From the IMG/VR virus record IMGVR_UViG_3300020044_007015, positions 1 through 26,920 of that record: 26,920 nucleotides of DNA. One strand, 5' to 3'. The notes under the pieces were generated by a model. That model searched no databases. It was not told the DNA's origin and saw nothing but the letters and a program-made list of their open reading frames with translations. Below are positions 16,126 through 25,853 of this stretch, one piece after another. Numbering within the stretch: the first letter of the stretch is position 1; the number at the start of each line of letters is the position of its first letter. Origin of the DNA: a virus. Taxonomy: Duplodnaviria; Caudoviricetes. The position numbers and the translations under genes are program-made.

Positions 16126-16490
16126 CTTGGAATACACCGGGCGGCGAGGATAATCTTAGCCGTGCGGATTACTTGCGGTATATGCGCAAGGGCGATAAGG
16201 TTCCCGACATAAAACCGCCATTTGATTGTATGGGGTTAATTCAATACTTCAATTCAGCGCGTAGTTTTGCGGGCGTTATTGATAATCCCCTAACAATGAG
16301 CGTTTTGGAGGAATGGCAACGTCACACGTATGTCACGCTAGATAGGTGGGAGCGTGAATGCCTCTTTGCTATGGATAGGGCGCTTAGACGTTCTTATTCC
16401 GATGTGGTAAAATACCATGCGGACAGAAAACCCGTTAAGGCTTTGATTAACGGCGGCAAAGATAAGGACTGGAAACGCGCGAATGGCTAA
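16071..16490 (+). CDS. Tail chaperone GT-like extension via -1 frameshift
   Basis: A_AAT_TTT at 16071-16077; the -1 frame opens right after TGA 16068-16070 and runs to 16490. Confidence 0.8.
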   Translation, partial: KFYSTVAEKCAAWVEKDVTWNTPGGEDNLSRADYLRYMRKGDKVPDIKPPFDCMGLIQYFNSARSFAGVIDNPLTMSVLEEWQRHTYVTLDRWERECLFAMDRALRRSYSDVVKYHADRKPVKALINGGKDKDWKRANG

Positions 16491-18657
16491 TCAGGCTACT
16501 CTTGTTTATGAGGCGGATTCTAGTCAGGTCTTAAAGGCTATTGGCGACCTTGGCAAGCTTAATCGCGCATCTGAACAGGTTGCGGCTGGTGCGGACAAGT
16601 TGTCGCGGGCGCAAGAAAAGCAAGCCGAAAGCAGTAAGCTTTTGCTTAATGCACGGCGAGGTGTTGATGCTTTGCATCGCCAAGAGGCCGATACCCTACG
16701 CGCGCTTACCAATGAGTTTAACCCACTCCTAGCCGCTCAAAACAGATACACCGAAGCCAAGGCGCGACTTGCGGACGCTGTTCAACGTAATATTGTAACA
16801 GAACAACAAGCGCAAGATCAACTCCAAAGGTTGACTGCTGAATTTGCAAGGGCGCAGGTTGGTATTCAGGGTTATGTTGACGGAATGCAGCGCGTTAATA
16901 ACGTGCAAGGTTCCGTTGCCAACCAATTCGCGCAGTTGAATGACGTTGTGGTTACTGCGTGGGGTGGAATGAACCCTGCGCTAATCGGTATGCAACAGGG
17001 TATGCAGGTTGTGCAAGGGTTTGCTGGTCAATCATTGCCGCAAGCCTTGGGAACGTTGCGCGGTGCATTTGCACAGTTGCTTAACCCGGTTACTCTGGTG
17101 ACTGTTGGCGTTATTGCTGGTGGCGCTGCTTTGATTCAGTGGGGTGCTAGCGCACTTGGGGCTGGTGGTGATACCGATACTCTTACTGGTTCTGTTGATA
17201 GATTGCAGGCCAGCGTTAATTCGGTAAATGAGATTTCCAAGCTGTATTCATCCACTGGTTTGCAGTCGATGGTTGATAAATACGGCGAAGTAAACGCTGA
17301 AATTCTCGCAATGATTGAGAATCAAAAGCAGTTTGCGATTAACAGTGCGGTTGAGGACGCTAGGGCCGCTATTGCTGGTCTAAAGGGTGAGTTTTCTGGG
17401 TTAGACGCATCAATGGCACTGCTGTCCCGTCCCGGCGGTGGATTGAGCGGAATCCTAGATCAACTTGGATTGTCCAAGGCTCAATTTATTGAACTTCGCG
17501 CGGCAATGGAGGACGCATCAAACGCAACAACGTTTGATGATCAAGCTGCCGCTATGCGTAGGGTGAACGCAATACTTGCGCAATCAAGTGTTGCGACTAC
17601 TGAGGTTGCCGAGGCTGCATTGGAAGCTGAAGACGCGATGCGGCAACTTGCCGCCGCTGCACCTTCGTCTAACTGGATGAATGCCGCTATTAGCGGCGTT
17701 GAGGCACTTGGCGCGTCTATTCGTAAGCGTATCGGTGAAGCTGTTAGTTTGCGGTCTATTTCAACTGCGGTTGATAATGGCGTTTATGGTGAAGTTGGTG
17801 CTAGAAGTGACCCTCGCCAATTCGTTGCGGGTAATAGCAACACATTCGATAAAGAATTCTTCACTGCACCCTCAGTCGGATCAGGTGGCGGTGGCGGCGG
17901 TGGTGGTGGTGGCTCCGGGGTAAACGAAGCACAAGCCGCTTGGGATGCTCTAAATCAGGTTCAGTATCAAGGCGTGTTGAAGAACCTTGAAACTCTGAAA
18001 TGGGGTCTTGATCAAAAGCTAATCAGCGAAGAAGAATACAATAAGCGGCGGGCTGAAATGCTAACGCTTGAGTTTGGCCTTGAATCGCAGAAAAACCTAG
18101 TCAAGTATAGTCAAGAACTTTCTGCACTCAATACGCAATTTGAACAAAAGCTAATTGCAGAAGAAGTGTATTTGCAGCGACGGGCGCAACTGCAATACGA
18201 TTACTACTCTAATGCTGTCGGCGTTGAACAAAACGCAACTTCGCAAACGCTTAGTAATTTGTCCAGTGCATTTGCGCAGATGAATAGTCTAGCGGGCGGT
18301 GGTTACGATGAACTCTTGCGCGCACAAAAGACTTTCGCGGCAGGTAGTGCGCTTATTAATGCTTACCTAGCTGCAACGCAAGCACTTGCTGACCCTAGCG
18401 TCCCGTTCTTGGGTAAGCTTATGGCTTACGGTAACGTGCTTGCCGCTGGTATGGGTGCCGTTAATGCAATCAAGGGAAGTGGCGGGGGTGGGCGTGGCGC
18501 TGGCGCTTCGGCAACCACGGCACGTCAAGAGCCTACTCGGAATGTCCTAGTGCGCCTTGACGGGCCAAGCTACCTAACCGAGATGGCGGAAACAATTATG
18601 ACGCAAATCTATGAGCAATCACGCGATGGCCGTGTTATTATTCAGAGGGATAGATAA
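16483..18657 (+). CDS. Tail tape measure protein
   Basis: 724 aa, Ala/Gln/Gly-rich and helical; QLNDVVV..GGMNP....QQG.Q lambdoid TMP motif. Confidence 0.92.
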   Translation: MANQATLVYEADSSQVLKAIGDLGKLNRASEQVAAGADKLSRAQEKQAESSKLLLNARRGVDALHRQEADTLRALTNEFNPLLAAQNRYTEAKARLADAVQRNIVTEQQAQDQLQRLTAEFARAQVGIQGYVDGMQRVNNVQGSVANQFAQLNDVVVTAWGGMNPALIGMQQGMQVVQGFAGQSLPQALGTLRGAFAQLLNPVTLVTVGVIAGGAALIQWGASALGAGGDTDTLTGSVDRLQASVNSVNEISKLYSSTGLQSMVDKYGEVNAEILAMIENQKQFAINSAVEDARAAIAGLKGEFSGLDASMALLSRPGGGLSGILDQLGLSKAQFIELRAAMEDASNATTFDDQAAAMRRVNAILAQSSVATTEVAEAALEAEDAMRQLAAAAPSSNWMNAAISGVEALGASIRKRIGEAVSLRSISTAVDNGVYGEVGARSDPRQFVAGNSNTFDKEFFTAPSVGSGGGGGGGGGGSGVNEAQAAWDALNQVQYQGVLKNLETLKWGLDQKLISEEEYNKRRAEMLTLEFGLESQKNLVKYSQELSALNTQFEQKLIAEEVYLQRRAQLQYDYYSNAVGVEQNATSQTLSNLSSAFAQMNSLAGGGYDELLRAQKTFAAGSALINAYLAATQALADPSVPFLGKLMAYGNVLAAGMGAVNAIKGSGGGGRGAGASATTARQEPTRNVLVRLDGPSYLTEMAETIMTQIYEQSRDGRVIIQRDR
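17884..17913 (+). repeat. GGY trinucleotide repeat (poly-Gly in TMP)
   Basis: Ten consecutive GGT/GGC codons. Confidence 0.7.
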
Positions 18658-19445
18658 TGCCTGCTATCGTTAAATTCGGCGCTGTTGGAAAGACTGCCGC
18701 AACTGTATTGTGGCAGTCCATCAAACCAACTGTAACCGCATCAAGTGCCGTTTCAACTAATCCTGCAATCAACGTAACCGACCCTGACACTTGGTCATCG
18801 TGGCGCGGCGCTGGCACTGGTGCTTGCTGGTTAATGTTTGACTTCGCTGTTGCTATTACCGCAGATGGGTTTGGCATTTCAGCACATACCCTAAACAGTG
18901 GGCCAACTAGGTATCTAGTGCAATATTCCCTTGACGGTGTTGCTTGGGTTGATGTTCACGAAGAAACGCCAACTAGCGGCGATGACATCTTTTGCGTATT
19001 CAGGCCGCAAGATGCTAGGTATTGGCGTCTATACCTGCCAGATGGACCTGCTAACATTGGCGTCTTTGTTATCGGTAAACGGCTGATATTCCCTCACGCG
19101 CCTGTCACAAGTTACAAGCCGTTGCATCACTCACGTATGTATAAAAAAGAGTTTACCGATTCAATAGGTGGCAACTTCCTTGGCACTCGGACGCTTTCCG
19201 TTGGCGCGGAAACTGATGTAAACATGGGCTTCTTTGAACGTGATTGGCTTGAGCGTTATATCGGCCCATTTGAAAGCCATTACAACCAAGGCGGGACGTT
19301 CTTTTATTCTGGAAGCCCGGTAAGGTATCCTCTTGATGTAGGATACTGCCGTGCAAAGGATGAAAGTGGAATGCTTGAAATTGAATGGATTGAAGCGGAT
19401 AAGCTGGCAACGCTGCAATTCGGAATTAGGAGTTACGTGGGGTGA
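18657..19445 (+). CDS. Distal tail protein with probable carbohydrate-binding-like domain
   Basis: First gene after TMP; VQYSLDG..W and ARYWRL resemble F5/8-type folds. Confidence 0.65.
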   Translation: MPAIVKFGAVGKTAATVLWQSIKPTVTASSAVSTNPAINVTDPDTWSSWRGAGTGACWLMFDFAVAITADGFGISAHTLNSGPTRYLVQYSLDGVAWVDVHEETPTSGDDIFCVFRPQDARYWRLYLPDGPANIGVFVIGKRLIFPHAPVTSYKPLHHSRMYKKEFTDSIGGNFLGTRTLSVGAETDVNMGFFERDWLERYIGPFESHYNQGGTFFYSGSPVRYPLDVGYCRAKDESGMLEIEWIEADKLATLQFGIRSYVG

Positions 19446-21190
19446 CTGGTAAAAAGATTGCTTGGGTTGTAGAGATTGACGTTGATCAATGCACTCGGGA
19501 ATTTGGCGTAGGTGCTTGCCTAGCTGCATTTGGAACTGGCGTTGTTCGCAAGTGCTATAACTCATTCAACACATGCCAATTCAAGCAATACTACAATAAG
19601 GGCGTAAACACTCTTCGATTTTGTCAATCCAGCTATCCCGCAAAGGTTGGCAACTACATTCCGTCGCTTGTTAGCGTTTCTGGATACGAACAAGAGATTA
19701 ATATTGCTGGTTTTTCTGACAAGATCGGTGGACTTGGCGTAAGGGCTTCTGTTAGCATTACGTTCAAGGATCATCCTGACCGTGACACACTAACTGATAA
19801 ATACGTTGCGGGTCGGATGGATGGCACTGCACAGACAGATGATTCGGGTTATGACCCTATAAGCCGTGGTAGTTTCTGGACTAAGTTCAAGGCGCGGAAT
19901 CCTAACTACGCAAACCGCCCTATTCGCGTGTCTTGGGGGTATTACGAAGATGGCGCAATTGTAATCGAGAAAACACGTCATTACGTAATGGATAGGATTT
20001 CACGGCCAGACAATAATGGTAACGTTGTTGTAAAGGCGCGTGACATTCTAAGCCTTGCCGATGACAAGAAAGCACTTGCACCCGCCGCTAGTCAAGGGAG
20101 GGTTTTAGCAGACGTAGAGGCTTCTGCGGGGTCTTTCATATTGTCGCCTTCCGGTATTGGCAACTCTGAATATCCGGCAAACGGGTTTGTTGTAGTTGGT
20201 AGCGAGATTATGGGGTTTGCCCGGTCTGGTGACACGATGACCGTTACTAGGGGCCAGAAAGGCACTGTAGCGGCAAAGCATACCGCCAATGCGACGGTGC
20301 AGGTTTGCTTTGATGTTGATAGGGTTAGGGCGGATAGTGTAATCTATGACCTTCTAGTCAACTACGGTAATATTCCAGCCTCTTATATTGACTTCACTGA
20401 TTGGCAGGCTGAGTTTAACCGTTGGGGTTCTACAATGGTGCTATCCGCAACGATCTGCCGCCCAACTGGTGTAAGTAAGCTTATTTCTGAGATTAACCAG
20501 CTAGGTATTACTATCTGGTGGGATGAGATTGCGCAAAAGATCAGGCTACGGCTTAACAGGCCAGCGGATTCAATTCCTAAGATGTGGAACGACAAAGGCC
20601 ATATTATCAGCATTACTACAGAAGATAATGACGATGAGCGCGCAACTAGGGTTGAACTGTGGACGGTCCAGATTGACCCTACCAAGGACTTGAATAAAGA
20701 GAACTTCCTACGTGGTTACATCAACATATCCGTTGACGCGGAAGCACCTGAATCGTTTGGATTTTCACGGACGCAAACGATATATAACAGGTGGCTAAAT
20801 CATGGCGCTGACGCGGCTGCTAAGATCATCACGGGGCGGTTGCTTAATAGATACAAGCGCGCACCTGAAACCTATATGGTAGTTGTGGATATTAAGGATG
20901 ATCCGCAACTAGCTGACGTTATTAACTTGTCAACTTATATTGACGGTGATGTAACTGGCAAGCCAGTCCAAAGACTGACGGAAGTTTACTATAGGGCTGA
21001 CGACAAGCTAGGGTCAACTGTTAAGGCTAAATTGCAGTTGTTCCAGTTTGATGCTAGATATGGTCTAATTACTGAAAACACTAGGGGGAATTACGGTGTT
21101 GCGACGGATGAACAAAAGCGCAAAGGGTCTTATTTTGTCGGTCCTACTCTTTTGTTTGGCGACACTTCCGGCCCGTATCAATTTGCGTAA
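19442..21190 (+). CDS. Tail tip/hub protein
   Basis: 582 aa; N-terminal Cys motif (CT..FG...C...KCYNSFNTC), GSFW.KF.ARNP.Y, RGQKGT.A..H. Confidence 0.75.
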   Translation: MTGKKIAWVVEIDVDQCTREFGVGACLAAFGTGVVRKCYNSFNTCQFKQYYNKGVNTLRFCQSSYPAKVGNYIPSLVSVSGYEQEINIAGFSDKIGGLGVRASVSITFKDHPDRDTLTDKYVAGRMDGTAQTDDSGYDPISRGSFWTKFKARNPNYANRPIRVSWGYYEDGAIVIEKTRHYVMDRISRPDNNGNVVVKARDILSLADDKKALAPAASQGRVLADVEASAGSFILSPSGIGNSEYPANGFVVVGSEIMGFARSGDTMTVTRGQKGTVAAKHTANATVQVCFDVDRVRADSVIYDLLVNYGNIPASYIDFTDWQAEFNRWGSTMVLSATICRPTGVSKLISEINQLGITIWWDEIAQKIRLRLNRPADSIPKMWNDKGHIISITTEDNDDERATRVELWTVQIDPTKDLNKENFLRGYINISVDAEAPESFGFSRTQTIYNRWLNHGADAAAKIITGRLLNRYKRAPETYMVVVDIKDDPQLADVINLSTYIDGDVTGKPVQRLTEVYYRADDKLGSTVKAKLQLFQFDARYGLITENTRGNYGVATDEQKRKGSYFVGPTLLFGDTSGPYQFA

Positions 21191-21199
21191 TGGTGTGTA

Positions 21200-21814
21200 A
21201 TGGCTGACTGGACTAACATACCTGACACCGCTCTAGACCCTGACGCACCACTTACAAGCGATTTGGCGTATGCTTGGCGGGATAACCCTATTGCTATTTC
21301 AGAGGGTGCTGTAGGTGCGCCTTATATGCGGGTGGGGTGGCATCCATACAATGGCACTGCGGTGGGTGATGGTGCGAATGGCGTTATTTGGTCATTTGCA
21401 GTCAATGGATCGGTTGCGGCAATTGAAACGCCTGACTTTGTTGATGGTTATGAGTATCGGTTGGTTTTCTCTGATGTTTCCGCAAACGTTGGTTCGGGTG
21501 GTGATTTAAGGCTTCAGGTATATAGGCAGACAAGTGGCGCTTATTCTGGTGTGGTAAATATATTTGCGGTTTCAACCGGCGCTTCTTTTGAGGGGACGGT
21601 TGAGGTATCGCGCACTAAAGACGTGCTAAGGTTTCACTATGGATATGGAAGTATCATTTCGGGGGGCGGCGATAGTCAATCTAACGTAAATACAGGGACT
21701 TACCCGGCGTTTACGCATGCAACCGCTCAAAAGATATTGAAGTATCGTTTAAGCCTGAGCGTGGGTAACTTTACTGCCGGTTCTGTTTACCTTTACCGCC
21801 GCCGCGTTTATTAA
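21200..21814 (+). CDS. Minor tail protein
   Basis: WT.IPD..LDPDAP..S..A.AWRDNPIAISEGA.GAP N-terminus; synteny. Confidence 0.65.
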   Translation: MADWTNIPDTALDPDAPLTSDLAYAWRDNPIAISEGAVGAPYMRVGWHPYNGTAVGDGANGVIWSFAVNGSVAAIETPDFVDGYEYRLVFSDVSANVGSGGDLRLQVYRQTSGAYSGVVNIFAVSTGASFEGTVEVSRTKDVLRFHYGYGSIISGGGDSQSNVNTGTYPAFTHATAQKILKYRLSLSVGNFTAGSVYLYRRRVY

Positions 21815-21823
21815 GGAACCTAA

Positions 21824-23578
21824 ATGACCATCAACGTTACTGGTATTGTTCGTCAACCTGATGGAACTCTGTTTACCAATTCAACTATTACAATTCAACG
21901 CCAAGGGCCTGTTGTTTCGCAGGCGTCCGCTGTGTTGCTTCCTGATGAATTTACAGTAAGCACTAATGGCTCTGGTGCTGTTGATTTTGATATTGAGCCG
22001 GGGCAATACCAAGCCTATGCAGACGGGCAACGTGAAAAGCGTATCCGTTGGGATTTCAATGTTTCCGAAACACCCGCATCGCAAACGTTTGATGATTTAG
22101 TAGAGGCCGCAACGCCAACTATCACGCCTGCCGATGTATTGGCCGCACAGGAAGCTGCTGATCGGGCAGAGGCGGCGGCTGGTGACGTTTATGGTGTAGA
22201 GTTGTATGGCGCTGTAAGTCCCGGCGACCTATCTTCCCCAATGCAAGCGGCTTACAACGCGGCTAGTGACGGGGATACTGTCTATATACCTGCGGGCGCG
22301 TGGACTTGCTCTGTAACTCCTACATTGTCAGGGACTAAACGGGTATTCTGGAAAAAACACCCTAAAGCAATCTTCGCTACCGATGCGGACGCGCTGCGGG
22401 CAATGCCGGAACAGCCGAACTTCACGACTGTCCGCAAGTGGGAGCGGGTTGAAAGCAAGACAGCTTACGTTGACGGTTCTGGTGGGCAATATATGCTTTC
22501 AGGCCAACTTCGCGGAACCGGGGCTGACGCCGCTGGACAGCGCGATTTTATGCGAATTGAAGTGCAGGCTGGCTCATCCTCTTCAGGCCCTTCATGGGAT
22601 GGGATCGGCCCGTCCAATATCGCACGTCATCAGGTCGGGCTTTCTGTGTTCACTCTTGGGACAACCGGCCAACTTTATCAAGAGATTTGGGGAATGAACC
22701 CCTACGCCTATTTCCCGCCGGGTTCTGACGGGCAGGGGGTTGGCATCGAATCAAATATCCATGTAACCGATCAGCCAGCGGAAAAGGAAATTGCCGTAGG
22801 CATGAAGCTTGGTTTCTTGGCGGCGTCGAAGGATGCAGCGGCAACGGCAGCTTATGCTATCGGCGGTCTTTTCTACAAAGGCTATAGTGTTCAGCAATCC
22901 AGCCTGCCGGTTGACGCAGCAAGCCGCGCCTTTGAACTCACAGACCTGTTTGAAGTCATGCGCGACGGTCGCACGCTTGTTGGCAAGGGAGCCAGCAACC
23001 TTTTTGCCGTTGGGGTGGAAATAGCACCGGATGGGGGCGTTCTTCAAACGGGTGACAACAACCCTGCGACGACAATCCGAGCGCGGGATGACACGCTGGC
23101 CGGCGTAGCAAACCTTTCAGTCACACAGGCCCGTGGTCTTTCAACAGCAGTAACGCAGAGAGTATTCACTCAAGAAGTATCGTCTTGCCAAGTGGCGACC
23201 GACGGGATCGAAACAGGGCGGATTTCTTGGGCTACCATCGTAAATGGAACACTTGCTGATCGAATGCTATTGCAGCAGGGTCTTTCAATCGGTGGCGGCG
23301 CGCAGCTTGTTCGCGCCCTTCGTGCCACGGCGACACTGGACTTTGCTTCGGTCGCCGCGCAATCGGTTGGAACGGGCCTAACCGTGACGGTCACGGGGGC
23401 AGTCTTGGGGGATGGTGTGAATGTCACTCCGCCCGCCGCCGCTGCGGCGCAGGGGGTCATTTACGATGGCGTTGTGACTTCCGCAAACACAGTCACGATC
23501 TACCCCAAGAACATCACTGCGGGTGCGATTGACCCGGCTTCTGGAACATTCTCAGTCGAAGTGCGGGGATGGGTCTGA
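21824..23578 (+). CDS. Tail fibre/spike, receptor-binding protein
   Basis: Prophage-tail-type N-terminus (I.PGQY), GDTVYIPAG start of a beta-helix, C-terminal TLDFASVAA...TVTVTGA.LGD.V domain. Confidence 0.8.
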   Translation: MTINVTGIVRQPDGTLFTNSTITIQRQGPVVSQASAVLLPDEFTVSTNGSGAVDFDIEPGQYQAYADGQREKRIRWDFNVSETPASQTFDDLVEAATPTITPADVLAAQEAADRAEAAAGDVYGVELYGAVSPGDLSSPMQAAYNAASDGDTVYIPAGAWTCSVTPTLSGTKRVFWKKHPKAIFATDADALRAMPEQPNFTTVRKWERVESKTAYVDGSGGQYMLSGQLRGTGADAAGQRDFMRIEVQAGSSSSGPSWDGIGPSNIARHQVGLSVFTLGTTGQLYQEIWGMNPYAYFPPGSDGQGVGIESNIHVTDQPAEKEIAVGMKLGFLAASKDAAATAAYAIGGLFYKGYSVQQSSLPVDAASRAFELTDLFEVMRDGRTLVGKGASNLFAVGVEIAPDGGVLQTGDNNPATTIRARDDTLAGVANLSVTQARGLSTAVTQRVFTQEVSSCQVATDGIETGRISWATIVNGTLADRMLLQQGLSIGGGAQLVRALRATATLDFASVAAQSVGTGLTVTVTGAVLGDGVNVTPPAAAAAQGVIYDGVVTSANTVTIYPKNITAGAIDPASGTFSVEVRGWV

Positions 23579-23588
23579 TCGTGGCACT

Positions 23589-23996
23589 ATGACCCTATTC
23601 ACGCCGGATAACTTCAAGAGGAACTGGTATGGGTGGGTAACTAACCAGTGGGCGCATGTTATGCTAGGCCAGCTATTGTTTGGCCTAGCGATGATTGCAT
23701 CATTTTATGCAGTTGGGGAATTTGGTAATCGCGTTAATGTGTGGCTATATGTTGCGGCTGCATATGCCTTTTGGGAAGTCATTACCTTTATTCCGGGTAA
23801 GTTTTGGGACGCCGTAGAGGATTTCTGCTTTGTAGTTGTTTATGGTGCGGGATGGCTGGCGTCTTGTTTTCACGAAGTAAATTTAGGTCAATCTGGTTTC
23901 TTTGGTGATATTTTCGCAGTGCTTCCGGTTATTGGGCTATTTGCCTTTCATACAACCTTGGGTGTATTCTTTCGGTTAGTAAGAAGGGCCAATTGA
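23589..23996 (+). CDS. Multi-pass membrane protein
   Basis: Several hydrophobic segments; start MTLFTPD at 23589. Confidence 0.65.
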   Translation: MTLFTPDNFKRNWYGWVTNQWAHVMLGQLLFGLAMIASFYAVGEFGNRVNVWLYVAAAYAFWEVITFIPGKFWDAVEDFCFVVVYGAGWLASCFHEVNLGQSGFFGDIFAVLPVIGLFAFHTTLGVFFRLVRRAN

Positions 23997-24260
23997 ATGG
24001 ATGAACTTGTAAAAGCGGTTTTGGGTGTTTGGCCGCTTATTCTTGGGTTGATTGGTGTTGTGGCTTGGCTTGTGCAGGTTAAGGGGCAAACTGCACAAAA
24101 CACTATTGATATTGCTGCTGCTAGAAAAGAAAGTAAGGCCGAGACTGATAGGCTTGAGGTTCGCATTGATACGCGCCGCAAAGAAGATAATGATCGTATT
24201 GAAAAAATGCTAGGAACAATGTCGGACGATATTAAGACATTGCTGCAAAGGGGTGGATGA
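23997..24260 (+). CDS. Single-TM coiled-coil lysis-associated protein (holin/antiholin-like)
   Basis: N-terminal TM plus charged helix; overlaps the endolysin start. Confidence 0.6.
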   Translation: MDELVKAVLGVWPLILGLIGVVAWLVQVKGQTAQNTIDIAAARKESKAETDRLEVRIDTRRKEDNDRIEKMLGTMSDDIKTLLQRGG

Positions 24261-24964
24261 TGGAATACGCTAAATTCTTTGATGGTATTCGTGGGCTGAC
24301 TGGTCCATTGCTTCCGGTTCAGGTGCAGGTTATTGAGAAGGTGATTGACTTGGCGGATGGTCTTTCACCACAACATTTAGCTTACATTATGGCTACTGGT
24401 TGGGGTGAATCTAAGTTTAAGCCCGTTCGTGAAAACATGAATTACAGGGCTGACCGTATTAAGAAGGTTTGGCCAAATCGTCCAGAGGCTATTGCTTTTG
24501 CAGGTAAGCCTAGAGAGTTGGCCAATTCCGTTTATGGGGGTAGGCTTGGCAATCGCCACGGCACTGATGACGGATGGAATTATCGCGGCGGTGGGGTTGA
24601 TCAACTTACGGGGCGTGATAACTACAAGAAAGTAGGGATCGAAAATAACCCTGACGCAATCATTAATCCAGATAAGGCGGCGTGGTCTATTGTTCATGGT
24701 ATGACTACAGGTCGATACACAGGAAAACGTTTGGCTGGTTTTGGGGACGGGGCTTCTTTTGACCCTGTTGCGGCGAGGGCTATTGTCAATGGTGATGTGA
24801 AGCTGAACGGCAAGAAGTACGCGGGTTATTATCAAGTATTCTTGCGCGCATTGGTTGATGCGGGGTATTTAGTAGTCAATGAATCCGCGCCTAAGTCGAG
24901 TTGGCTTTCCGATCTAATACAAGCCCTAGTAGCTATGTTAGGAATGATGAAATGGAAGAAGTAA
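24257..24964 (+). CDS. Endolysin, glycoside hydrolase family 19
   Basis: LAYIMAT..GES, ENMNY, ANSVYGGRLGN, YRGGG..QLTGRDNY, ARAIVNG. Confidence 0.9.
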   Translation: MMEYAKFFDGIRGLTGPLLPVQVQVIEKVIDLADGLSPQHLAYIMATGWGESKFKPVRENMNYRADRIKKVWPNRPEAIAFAGKPRELANSVYGGRLGNRHGTDDGWNYRGGGVDQLTGRDNYKKVGIENNPDAIINPDKAAWSIVHGMTTGRYTGKRLAGFGDGASFDPVAARAIVNGDVKLNGKKYAGYYQVFLRALVDAGYLVVNESAPKSSWLSDLIQALVAMLGMMKWKK

Positions 24965-25146
24965 AACGCCTAGCGCGTCACCTTGGCCCTGTAGTGGCGG
25001 TCTACATGGTAGCGGCTTGGGGCTTACCCGCTGAGATTGAGGCACCTCTTACGGCTTTCCTTGGTCAGTTTGCAGAGGTTGCGGCGGTTGCTGTTGCGGG
25101 CGTTGTTGGCTATCTGTGGTCACTGTGGCGCGACTGGTCTAAATGA
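24952..25146 (+). CDS. Putative two-TM holin
   Basis: MEEVKRLARH...G.LWSLW; two hydrophobic segments; follows the endolysin. Confidence 0.65.
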   Translation: MEEVKRLARHLGPVVAVYMVAAWGLPAEIEAPLTAFLGQFAEVAAVAVAGVVGYLWSLWRDWSK

Positions 25147-25481
25147 ACTGGCTTGCGTTGTTTGGAACGGTTGCGAGTAAGTTAGCGGACGCAATCAAGG
25201 CGCGAGAGACTGCAAAGACTGACAGTGAGCGCATGGCGGCAGAAGTGCAGATTGCAGCGCTACAGTCGAAGCTTGCACGTGGTGACAATGCCATGGTGCA
25301 AGTTGGGTTAGGTATTGTTGCGCTTGCCATGTGCGCCCATGCTGCTATGGTGGCGGTTGTCAGTATGTTTCCTTGGCTTGGTTGGACTGTTGACGCTTTG
25401 CCTGCCGTGTATGCAGAGATGCAAAAGGCGATTATCGTTAGTGGGTTTGGTCTTGTGGCGGTTGGAAAGTTTTTTCGCTAG
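25143..25481 (+). CDS. Holin-like membrane protein (3TM-type)
   Basis: Amphipathic N-terminus, coiled segment, two TMs, basic C-terminus GKFFR. Confidence 0.6.
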   Translation: MNWLALFGTVASKLADAIKARETAKTDSERMAAEVQIAALQSKLARGDNAMVQVGLGIVALAMCAHAAMVAVVSMFPWLGWTVDALPAVYAEMQKAIIVSGFGLVAVGKFFR

Positions 25482-25486
25482 GGTAG

Positions 25487-25515
25487 TTGACAAGTCCGCG
25501 AATCGCTGCTAGATA
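25487..25515 (+). promoter_or_regulatory. Promoter for the RNA cluster with GANTC in spacer
   Basis: TTGACA-agtccg-CGAATCG-ctgc-TAGATA. Confidence 0.7.
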
Positions 25516-25563
25516 GGGTCATGGCGGCAATGGTGCTGACCTTAACAATCCTTGGAGGGATTT

Positions 25564-25668
25564 ATGCTTGAAGTTGCTTTTGTAGTTCTGACTTTCTTCG
25601 CTGCTATCGAAAACGGTGACATTCCGCCGAATGAAGCTGGCCGCTCTGCTTACGAACAGAAAGAGTAA
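25564..25668 (+). CDS. Small peptide (34 aa, MLEVAFVVLTFFAAIENGDIPPNEAGRSAYEQKE)
   Basis: GGAGGG RBS, hydrophobic N-terminus; not in ORF track. Confidence 0.6.
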   Translation: MLEVAFVVLTFFAAIENGDIPPNEAGRSAYEQKE

Positions 25669-25853
25669 TAAAACAGGGGCGCGACTGTAACGCGTAAAAG
25701 AATAGAACCCGATCCGCCTCTTAACAATGCGCAACGCTTCGGGTCACTAGCGTGGCTTTCGGTTGGGCGGCCCATATGATGCGCCGGATAGGCGTTGGCG
25801 GGAAGTTCGAATATCCTGCAAACCGATGGCAGGCCGGAAAGACGGTCAACTAA

